From the NCBI GenBank assembly GCA_040954595.2, contig CM082593.2:10355844-10419843 (forward strand): a DNA stretch of 64,000 nt. The letters are read 5' to 3'. A program made the translations under genes and the position numbers. Positions within the stretch are counted from its first letter, which is position 1. Every line of letters starts with the position of its first letter. The notes below the pieces were generated by a model. It searched no databases, had not been told where the DNA came from, and saw only the letters and a list, made by a program, of their open reading frames with translations. This DNA comes from Balanoglossus misakiensis. Taxonomy: Eukaryota; Animalia; Hemichordata. Positions 49,201 through 61,200 of this stretch are shown in pieces.

Positions 49201-52200
49201 AATGACAAATTTTCGACTTTGCAAAATCTCAAAATTTCGTCGGTTTTTGAAAAATAATATGGGTGAAAATCATCAAAAAATGACAAATTTTCGACTTTGC
49301 AAAATCTCAAAATTTCGTCGGTTTTGAAAAAAATCATGGGTTCGTCGATTTTTTTAAATAAAAACATGGGTGAAAATCATCAAAAAATGACACATTTTCG
49401 ACTTTGCAAAATCTCAAAATTTCGTCGATTTTTGAAAAAAATCATGGGGGAAAATCATGAAAAAAATGACAAATTTTCCTCTTTGCAAAATCTCAAAATT
49501 TCGTCGATTTTTAAAAAAAGACATGGGTGAAAATCATCAAAAAATAACAAATTTTCGACTTTGCAAAATCTCAAAATTTCGTCCATTTTTGAAAAAAAAT
49601 CATGGGTAAAAATCATCAAAAAATGACAAATTTTGAAAAAAAACGGGTGAAAATCATCAAAAAATGACACATTTTCGACTTTGCAAAATCTCAAAATTTC
49701 GTCGATTTTTGAAAAAAATCATGGGGGAAAATCATGAAAAAAATGACAAATTTTCCTCTTTGCAAAATCTCAAAATTTCGTCGGTTTTTGAAAAATAATA
49801 TGGGTGAAAATCATCAAAAAATGACAAATTTTCCTCTCTGCAAAATCTCAAAATTTCGTCGATTTTTGAAAAAAAAATCTTGGGTGAAAATCATCAAAAA
49901 ATGACAAATTTTCGTCTTTGCAAAATCTCAAAATTTCGTCCATTTTTGAAAAAAAATCATGGGTAAAAATCATCAAAAATGACAAATTTTCGTCTTTGCA
50001 AAATCTCAAATTTTCGTCGATTTTTGAAAAAAAATCATGGTTGAAAATCATCAAAAAATGACAAAATTTTCGACTTTGTAAAATCACAAAATTTCGTCGA
50101 TTTTGAAAAAAATCATAGGTTCGTCGATTTTTAAAAAAAAAACATGGGTGAAAATCATCAAAAAATGACAAATTTTGAAAAAAAAACGGGTGAAAATCAT
50201 CAAAAAAATGACACATTTTCGTCGACTTTGCAAAATCTCAAAATTTCGTCGATTTTTGAAAAAAATCATGGGGGAAAATCATGAAAAAATGACAAATTTT
50301 CCTATTTGCAAAATCTCAAAATTTCGTCGATTTTTAAAAAAAGACATGGGTGAAAATCATCAAAAAATAACAAATTTTCGACTTTGCAAAATCTCAAAAT
50401 TTCGTCCATTTTTGAAAAAAATCATGGGTAAAAATCATCAAAAAATGACAAATTTTCGTCTTTGCAAAATCTCACAATTTCGTCGATTTTTGAAAAAAAT
50501 CATGTGTGAAAATCATCAAAAAATGACAAATTTTCGACTTTGCAAAATCTCAAAATTTTCGTCAATTTTTGAAAAAATCATGGGTGAAAATCATCAAAAA
50601 ATGACAAATTTTTCGTCTTTGCAAAATCTCAAATTTCGTCCATTTTAAAAAAAAAACGGGGGAAATCATCAAAAAATGACAAATTTTCGACTTTGCAAAA
50701 TCTAAAAATTTCGTCGATTTTTGAAAAAAATCATGGGTGAAAATCATCAAAAAATGACAAATTTTCGACTTTGCAAAATCTCAAAATTTCGTCGGTTTTG
50801 AAAAATAATATGGGTGAAAATCATCAAAAAATGACAAATTTTCGACTTTGCAAAATTCTCAAAATTTCGTCGGTTTTGAAAAAAAATCATGGGTTCGTCG
50901 ATTTTTTTAAATAAAACATGGGTGAAAATCATCAAAAAATGACACATTTCGACTTTGCAAATCTCAAAATTTCGTCGATTTTTGAAAAAAATCATGGGGG
51001 AAAATCATGAAAAAAATGACAAATTTTCCTCTTTGCAAAATCTCAAAATTTTCGTCGATTTTTAAAAAAAGACATGGGTGAAAATCATCAAAAAATAACA
51101 AATTTTCGACTTTGCAAAATCTCAAAAATTTCGTCCATTTTTGAAAAAAATCATGGGTAAAAATCATCAAAAAATGACAAATTTTGAAAAAAACGGGTGA
51201 AAATCATCAAAAAATGACACATTTTCGACTTTGCAAAATCTCAAAATTTCGTCGATTTTTGAAAAAAATCATGGGGAAAATCATGAAAAAAATGACAAAT
51301 TTTCTCTTTGCAAAATCTCAAAATTTCGTCGGTTTTTTGAAAAATAATATGGGTGAAAATCATCAAAAAATGACAAATTTTCGACTTTGCAAAATCTCAA
51401 AATTTCGTCGGTTTTGAAAAAAATCATGGTTCGTCGATTTTTTTAAATAAAAACATGGGTGAAAATCATCAAAAAATGACACATTTTCGACTTTGCAAAA
51501 TCTCAAAATTTCGTCGATTTTTGAAAAAAATCATGGGGGAAAATCATGAAAAAAATGACAAATTTTCCTCTTTTGCAAAATCTCAAAATTTCGTCGATTT
51601 TTAAAAAAAGACATGGGTGAAAATCATCAAAAAATAACAAATTTTCGACTTTGCAAAATCTCAAAATTTCGTCCATTTTTGAAAAAAAAATCATGGGTGA
51701 AAATCATCAAAAAATGACACATTTTCGTCGACTTTGCAAAATCTCAAAATTTCGTCGATTTTTGAAAAAATCATGGGTGAAAATCATCAAAAAATGACAC
51801 ATTTTCGTCGACTTTGCAAAATCTCAAAATTTCGTCGATTTTTGAAAAAATCATGGGGGAAAATCATGAAAAAATGACAAATTTTCCTCTTTGCAAAATC
51901 TCAAAATTTCGTCGATTTTTAAAAAAAGACATGGGTGAAATCATCAAAAAATGACCAAATTTTTGAAAAAAAAACGGTGAAAATCATCAAAAAATGACAT
52001 TTCGACTTTGCAAAATCTCAAAATTTCGTCGATTTTTGAAAAAAAACGGGTGAAAATCATCAAAAATGACAAATTTTGAAAAAAAAACGGGTGAAAATCA
52101 TCAAAAAATGACACATTTACGACTTTGCAAAATCTCAAAATTTCGTCGATTTTTGAAAAAAATCATGGGTGAAATCATCAAAAATGAAAATTTTTCGTCT

Positions 52201-55200
52201 TTGCAAAATCTCAAAATTTCGTCCATTTTTGAAAAAAAATCATGGGTAAAATCATCAAAAATGACAAATTTTCGTCTTTTGCAAAATCTCAAAATTTCGT
52301 CGATTTTTTGAAGAAAATCATGGGTGAAAATCATCAAAAAATGACAAATTTTCGACTTTGCAAAATCTCAAAATTTTTCGATTTTTGAAAAAAAACATGG
52401 GAAAAAATTATCAAAAAATGACAAAATTTTCGACTTTGCAAAATCTCAAAATTTCGTAGATTTTTGAAAAAAAACATGGGTAAAATCATCAAAAAATGAC
52501 AAATTTTCGACTTTGCAAAATCTCAAAATTTCGTCAATTTTGAATAAAAATCATGGGTGAAAATCATCAAAAAATGACAAATTTTCGACTTTGCAAAATC
52601 TCAAAATTTCGTCGATTTTTGAAAAAAACCGGGTGAAAATCATCAAAAATGACACATTTACGACTTTGCAAAATCTCAAAATTTCGTCGATTTTTGAAAA
52701 AAAATCATGGGTGAAAATCATCAAAAAATGACAAATTTTCGATTTTGCAAAATCTCAAAATTTCGTCGATTTTTGAAAAAAAACGGGTGAAAATCATCAA
52801 AAAATGACACATTTTCGTCGACTTTGCAAAATCTCAAAATTCGTCGATTTTTGAAAAAAATCATGGGTGAAAATCATCAAAAAATGACAAATTTTCGACT
52901 TTGCAAAATCTCAACATTTCGTCAATTTTTTGAAAAAATCGTGGGTGAAAATCATCAAAAAATGACAAATTTTCGACTTTGCAAAATCTCAAAATTTCGT
53001 CCATTTTGAAAAAAAATCATGGGTAAAAATCATCAAAAATGACAAATTTTCGTCTTTGCAAAATCTCAAATTTTCGTCGATTTTTGAAAAAAAATCATGG
53101 TTGAAAATCATCAAAAAATGACAAAATTTTCGACTTTGTAAAATCACAAAATTTTTCGTCGATTTTGAAAAAAATCATAGGTTCGTCGATTTTTAAAAAA
53201 AAAACATGGGTGAAAATCATCAAAAAATGACAAATTTTGAAAAAAAAAAACGGGTGAAAATCATCAAAAAATGACACATTTTCGTCGACTTTGCAAAATC
53301 TCAAAATTTCGTCGATTTTTGAAAAAATCATGAGGGAAAATCATGAAAAAATGACAAATTTTCCTCTTTGCAAAATTACAAAATTTCGTCGATTTTAAAA
53401 AAAGACATGGTGAAAATCATGAAAAATGACAATTTTCGTCTTTGCAAAATCTCAAAATTTCGTCCATCTTTGAAAAAAATCATGGGTGCAAATCATCAAA
53501 AAATGACAAATTTTCGACTTTGCAAAATCTCAACATTTCGTCAATTTTTGAAAAAATCGTGGGTGAAAATCATCAAAAATGACAAATTTTCGACTTTGCA
53601 AAATCTCAAAATTTCGTCGATTTTTGAAAAAAATCATGGGGGAAAATCATGAAAAAATGACAAATTTTCCTCTCTGCAAAATCTCAAAATTTCGTCGATT
53701 TTTGAAAAAAATCTTGGGTGAAAATCATCAAAAAATGACAAATTTTCGTCTTTGCAAAATCTCAAAATTTTCGTCCATTTTTGAAAAAAAATCATGGGTA
53801 AAATCATCAAAAATGACAAATTTTCGTCTTTGCAAAATCTCAAATTTTCGTCGATTTTTGAAAAAAAAATCATGGTTGAAAATCATCAAAAAATGACAAA
53901 ATTTTCGACTTTGTAAAATCACAAAATTTCGTCGATTTTGAAAAAAATCATAGGTTCGTCGATTTTTAAAAAAAAACATGGGTGAAAAATCATCAAAAAA
54001 TGACAAATTTTGAAAAAAAACGGGTGAAAATCATCAAAAAATGACACATTTTCGTCGACTTTGCAAAAATCTCAAAATTTTCGTCGATTTTTGAAAAAAA
54101 TCATGGGGAAAATCATGAAAAATGACAAATTTTCCTATTTGCAAAATCTCAAAATTTCGTCGATTTTTAAAAAAGACATGGGTGAAAATCATCAAAAAAT
54201 AACAAATTTTCGACTTTGCAAAATCTCAAAATTTCGTCCATTTTTGAAAAAAAATCATGGGTAAAAATCATCAAAAAATGACAAATTTTCGTCTTTGCAA
54301 AATCTCACAATTTCGTCGATTTTTGAAAAAAATCATGTGTGAAAATCATCAAAAAATGACAAATTTTCGACTTTGCAAAATCTCAAAATTTCGTCAATTT
54401 TTGAAAAAATCATGGGTGAAAATCATCAAAAAATGACAAATTTTCGTCTTTGCAAAATCTCAAAATTTCGTCCATTTTAAAAAAAAAAACGGGGGAAAAT
54501 CATCAAAAAATGACAAATTTTCGACTTTGCAAAATCTAAAAATTTCGTCGATTTTTGAAAAAAATCATGGGTGAAAATCATCAAAAAATGACAAATTTTC
54601 GACTTTGCAAAATCTCAAAATTTCGTCGGTTTTTGAAAAATAATATGGGTGAAAATCATCAAAAAATGACAAATTTTCGACTTTGCAAAATCTCAAAATT
54701 TCGTCGGTTTTGAAAAAAATCATGGGTTCGTCGATTTTTTAAATAAAAACATGGGTGAAAATCATCAAAAAATGACACATTTTCGACTTTGCAAAATCTC
54801 AAAATTCGTCGATTTTTGAAAAAATCATGGGGGAAAATCATGAAAAAATGACAAATTTCCTCTTTGCAAAATCTCAAAATTTCGTCGATTTTTAAAAAAA
54901 GACATGGGTGAAAATCATCAAAAAAATAACAAATTTTCGACTTTGCAAAATCTCAAAATTTCGTCCATTTTTGAAAAAAAATCATGGGTAAAAATCATCA
55001 AAAAATGACAAATTTTGAAAAAAAACGGGTGAAAATCATCAAAAAATGACACATTTTCGACTTTGCAAAATCTCAAAATTTCGTCGATTTTGAAAAAAAT
55101 CATGGGGAAAATCATGAAAAAATGACAAATTTTCCTCTTTGCAAAATCTCAAAATTTCGTCGGTTTTTGAAAATAATATGGGTGAAAATCATCAAAAAAT

Positions 55201-58200
55201 GACAAATTTTCGACTTTGCAAAATCTCAAAATTTCGTCGGTTTTGAAAAAAATCATGGGTTCGTCGATTTTTTAAATAAAAACATGGGTGAAAATCATCA
55301 AAAAAATGACACATTTTCGACTTTGCAAAATCTCAAAATTTCGTCGATTTTTGAAAAAAATCATGGGGGAAAATCATGAAAAAAATGACAAATTTTCCTC
55401 TTTGCAAAATCTCAAAATTTCGTCGATTTTTAAAAAAAGACATGGGTGAAAATCATCAAAAATAACAAATTTTCGACTTTGCAAATCTCAAAATTTCGTC
55501 CATTTTTGAAAAAAAATTCATGGGTGAAAATCATCAAAAAATGACACATTTTCGTCGACTTTGCAAAATCTCAAAATTTCGTCGATTTTTGAAAAAAATC
55601 ATGGGTGAAAATCATCAAAAAATGACACATTTTCGTCGACTTTGCAAATCTCAAAATTTCGTCGATTTTTGAAAAAAATCATGGGGGAAAATCATGAAAA
55701 AATGACAAATTTTCCTCTTTGCAAAATCTCAAAATTCGTCGATTTTTAAAAAAAGACATGGGTGAAAATCATCAAAAAATGACAAATTTGAAAAAAAAAC
55801 GGGTGAAAAATCATCAAAAAATGACACATTTTCGACTTTGCAAAATCTCAAAATTTCGTCGATTTTTGAAAAAAAAACGGGTGAAAATCATCAAAAATGA
55901 CAAATTTTGAAAAAAAACGGGTGAAAATCATCAAAAATGACACATTTACGACTTTGCAAAATCTCAAAATTTCGTCGATTTTTGAAAAAAAATCATGGGT
56001 GAAAATCATCAAAAAATGAAAATTTTTCGTCTTTGCAAAATCTCAAAATTTCGTCCATTTTTGAAAAAAAAAATCATGGGTAAAAATCATCAAAAATGAC
56101 AAATTTCGTCTTTGCAAAATCTCAAAATTTCGTCGATTTTTGAAGAAAATCATGGGTGAAAATCATCAAAAAATGACAAATTTTCGACTTTGCAAAATCT
56201 CAAAATTTTTCGATTTTTGAAAAAAAACATGGGTAAAAATTATCAAAAATGACAAATTTTCGACTTTGCAAAATCTCAAAATTTCGTAGATTTTTGAAAA
56301 AAACATGGGTAAAAATCATCAAAAAATGACAAATTTTCGACTTTGCAAAATCTCAAAATTTCGTCAATTTTTGAATAAAAATCATGGGTGAAAATCATCA
56401 AAAAATGACAAATTTTCGACTTTGCAAAATCTCAAAATTTCGTCGATTTTTGAAAAAACCGGGTGAAAATCATCAAAAAATGACACATTTACGACTTTGG
56501 CAAAATCTCAAAATTTCGTCGATTTTTGAAAAAAAATCATGGGTGAAAATCATCAAAAAATGACAAATTTTCGATTTTGCAAAATCTCAAAATTTCGTCG
56601 ATTTTTGAAAAAAAACGGGTGAAAATCATCAAAAAATGACACATTTTCGTCGACTTTGCAAAATCTCAAAATTTCGTCGATTTTTGAAAAAAATCATGGG
56701 TGAAAATCATCAAAAAATGACAAATTTTCGACTTTGCAAAATCTCAACATTTCGTCAATTTTTGAAAAAATCGTGGGTGAAAATCATCAAAAAATGACAA
56801 ATTTTCGACTTTGCAAAATCTCAAAATTTCGTCCATTTTTGAAAAAAAATCATGGGTAAAAATCATCAAAAATGACAAATTTTCGTCTTTGCAAAATCTC
56901 AAATTTTCGTCGATTTTTGAAAAAAAATCATGGTTGAAAATCATCAAAAAATGACAAAATTTTCGACTTTGTAAAATCACAAAATTTCGTCGATTTTGAA
57001 AAAAATCATAGGTTCGTCGATTTTTAAAAAAAAAACATGGGTGAAAATCATCAAAAAATGACAAATTTTGAAAAAAAAACGGGTGAAAATCATCAAAAAA
57101 ATGACACATTTTCGTCGACTTTGCAAAATCTCAAAATTTCGTCGATTTTTGAAAAAAATCATGAGGGAAAATCATGAAAAAATGACAAATTTTCCTCTTT
57201 GCAAAATTACAAAATTTCGTCGATTTTTAAAAAAAGACATGGGTGAAAATCATGAAAAAATGACAAATTTTCGTCTTTGCAAAATCTCAAAATTTCGTCC
57301 ATCTTTGAAAAAAATCATGGGTGAAAATCATCAAAAAATGACAAATTTTCGACTTTGCAAAATCTCAACATTTCGTCAATTTTTGAAAAAATCGTGGGTG
57401 AAAATCATCAAAAAATGACAAATTTTCGACTTTGCAAAATCTCAAAATTTCGTCGATTTTTGAAAAAAATCATGGGGGAAAATCATGAAAAAATGACAAA
57501 TTTTCCTCTCTGCAAAATCTCAAAATTTCGTCGATTTTTGAAAAAAAATCTTGGGTGAAAATCATCAAAAAATGACAAATTTTCGTCTTTGCAAAATCTC
57601 AAAATTTCGTCCATTTTTGAAAAAAAATCATGGGTAAAAATCATCAAAAATGACAAATTTTCGTCTTTGCAAAATCTCAAATTTTCGTCGATTTTTGAAA
57701 AAAAATCATGGTTGAAAATCATCAAAAAATGACAAATTTTCGACTTTGTAAAATCACAAAATTTCGTCGATTTTGAAAAAAATCATAGGTCGTCGATTTT
57801 AAAAAAAAAACATGGGTGAAAATCATCAAAAAATGACAAATTTTGAAAAAAAAACGGGTGAAAATCATCAAAAAATGACACATTTTCGTCGACTTTGCAA
57901 AATCTCAAAATTTCGTCGATTTTTGAAAAAAATCATGGGGGAAAATCATGAAAAAATGACAAATTTTCCTCTTTGCAAAATCTCAAAATTTCGTCGATTT
58001 TTAAAAAAAGACATGGGTGAAAATCATCAAAAAATAACAAATTTTCGACTTTGCAAAATCTCAAAATTTCGTCCATTTTTGAAAAAAAAATCATGGGTAA
58101 AAATCATCAAAAAATGACAAATTTTCGTCTTTGCAAAATCTCACAATTTCGTCGATTTTGAAAAAAATCATGTGTGAAAATCATCAAAAAATGACAAATT

Positions 58201-61200
58201 TTCGACTTTGCAAAATCTCAAAATTTCGTCAATTTTTGAAAAAATCATGGGTGAAAATCATCAAAAAATAACAAATTTTCGTCTTTGCAAAATCTCAAAA
58301 TTTCGTCCATTTTAAAAAAAAAACGGGGGAAAATCATCAAAAAATGACAAATTTTCGACTTTGCAAAATCTAAAAATTTCGTCGATTTTTGAAAAAAATC
58401 ATGGGTGAAAATCATCAAAAAATGACAAATTTTCGACTTTGCAAAATCTCAAAATTTCGTCGGTTTTGAAAAATAATATGGGTGAAAATCATCAAAAAAT
58501 GACAAATTTTCGACTTTGCAAAATCTCAAAATTTCGTCGGTTTGAAAAAAATCATGGGTTCGTCGATTTTTTTAAATAAAAACATGGGTGAAAATCATCA
58601 AAAAATGACACATTTTCGACTTTGCAAAATCTCAAAATTTCGTCGATTTTTGAAAAAAATCATGGGGGAAAATCATGAAAAAATGACAAATTTTCCTCTT
58701 TGCAAAATCTCAAAATTTCGTCGATTTTTAAAAAAAGACATGGGTGAAAATCATCAAAAATAACAAATTTTCGACTTTGCAAAATCTCAAAATTTCGTCC
58801 ATTTTTGAAAAAAAATCATGGGTAAAAATCATCAAAAAATGACAAATTTTGAAAAAAACGGGTGAAAATCATCAAAAATGACACATTTTCGACTTTGCAA
58901 AATCTCAAAATTTCGTCGATTTTTGAAAAAATCATGGGGGAAAATCATGAAAAAAATGACAAATTTTCCTCTTGCAAAATCTCAAAATTTCGTCGGTTTT
59001 TGAAAATAATATGGGTGAAAATCATCAAAAAATGACAAATTTTCGACTTTGCAAAATCTCAAAATTTCGTCGGTTTTGAAAAAAATCATGGGTTCGTCGA
59101 TTTTTTAAATAAAAACATGGGTGAAAATCATCAAAAAATGACACATTTTCGACTTTGCAAATCTCAAAATTTCGTCGATTTTTGAAAAAAATCATGGGGG
59201 AAATCATGAAAAAAATGACAAATTTTCCTCTTTGCAAAATCTCAAAATTTCGTCGATTTTTAAAAAAAGACATGGGTGAAAATCATCAAAAAATAACAAA
59301 TTTTCGACTTTGCAAAATCTCAAAATTTCGTCCATTTTTGAAAAAAAATCATGGTAAAAATCATCAAAAAATGACAAATTTGAAAAAAAACGGTGAAAAT
59401 CATCAAAAAATGACACATTTTCGACTTTGCAAAATCTCAAAATTTCGTCGATTTTTGAAAAAAAATCATGGGTGAAAATCATCAAAAAATGACAAATTTT
59501 CGTCTTTGCAAAATCTCAAAATTTCGTCCATTTCTGAAAAAAAATTATGGGTAAAAATCATCAAAAATGACAATTTTCATCTTTGCAAAATCTCAAATTT
59601 TCGTCGATTTTTGAAAAAAAATCATTGTTGAAAATCATCAAAAATGACAAAATTTCGACTTTGCAAAATCTCAAATTTCGACGATTTTTGAAAAAAATCA
59701 TGGGGGAAAATCATGAAAAAATGACAAATTTTCGTCTTTGTAAAATCTCAAAATTTCGTCCATCTTTGAAAAAAATCATGGGTGAAAATCATCAAAAAAT
59801 GACAAATTTCGACTTTGCAAAATCTCAACATTTCGTCAATTTTTGAAAAAATCGTGGGTGAAAATCATCAAAAAATGACAAATTTTCGACTTTGCAAAAT
59901 CTCAAAATTTCGTCGATTTTTTGAAAAAAATCATGGGGGAAAATCATGAAAAAATGACAAATTTTCCTCTCTGCAAAATCTCAAAATTTCGTCGATTTTT
60001 GAAAAAAAATCTTGGGTGAAAATCATCAAAAAATGACAAATTTTCGTCTTTGCAAAATCTCAAAATTTCGTCCATTTTTGAAAAAAAATCATGGGTAAAA
60101 ATCATCAAAAATGACAAATTTTCGTCTTTGCAAAATCTCAAATTTTCGTCGATTTTTGAAAAAAATCATGGTTGAAAATCATCAAAAAATGACAAAAATT
60201 TTCGACTTTGTAAAATCACAAAATTTCGTCGATTTTGAAAAAATCATAGGTTCGTCGATTTTTAAAAAAAAACATGGGTGAAAATCATCAAAAAATGACA
60301 AATTTTGAAAAAAAACGGGTGAAAATCATCAAAAAAATGACACATTTTCGTCGACTTTGCAAAATCTCAAAATTTCGTCGATTTTTGAAAAAAATCATGG
60401 GGGAAAATCATGAAAAAATGACAAATTTTTCCTCTTTGCAAAATCTCAAAATTTCGTCGATTTTTAAAAAAAGACATGGGTGAAAATCATCAAAAATAAC
60501 AAATTTTCGACTTTGCAAAATCTCAAAATTTCGTCCATTTTTTGAAAAAAAATCATGGGTAAAAATCATCAAAAAATGACAAATTTTCGTCTTTGCAAAA
60601 TCTCACAATTTCGTCGATTTTTGAAAAAAATCATGTGTGAAAATCATCAAAAAATGACAAATTTTCGACTTTGCAAAATCTCAAAATTCGTCAATTTTTG
60701 AAAAAATCATGGGTGAAAATCATCAAAAATGACAAATTTCGTCTTTGCAAAATCTCAAAATTTCGTCCATTTAAAAAAAAAAACGGGGGAAAATCATCAA
60801 AAAATGACAAATTTTCGACTTTGCAAAAATCTAAAAATTTCGTCGATTTTTGAAAAAAATCATGGGTGAAAAATCATCAAAAAATGACAAATTTTCGACT
60901 TTGCAAAATCTCAAATTTCGTCGGTTTTTGAAAAATAAATATGGGTGAAAATCATCAAAAAATGACAAAATTTTCGACTTTGCAAATCTCAAAATTTCGT
61001 CGGTTTTGAAAAAAATCATGGGTTCGTCGATTTTTTTAAATAAAAACATGGGTGAAAATCATCAAAAAATGACACATTTTCGACTTTGCAAATCTCAAAA
61101 TTTCGTCGATTTTTGAAAAAAATCATGGGGGAAAATCATGAAAAAAATGACAAATTTTCCTCTTTGCAAAATCTCAAAATTTCGTCGATTTTTAAAAAAG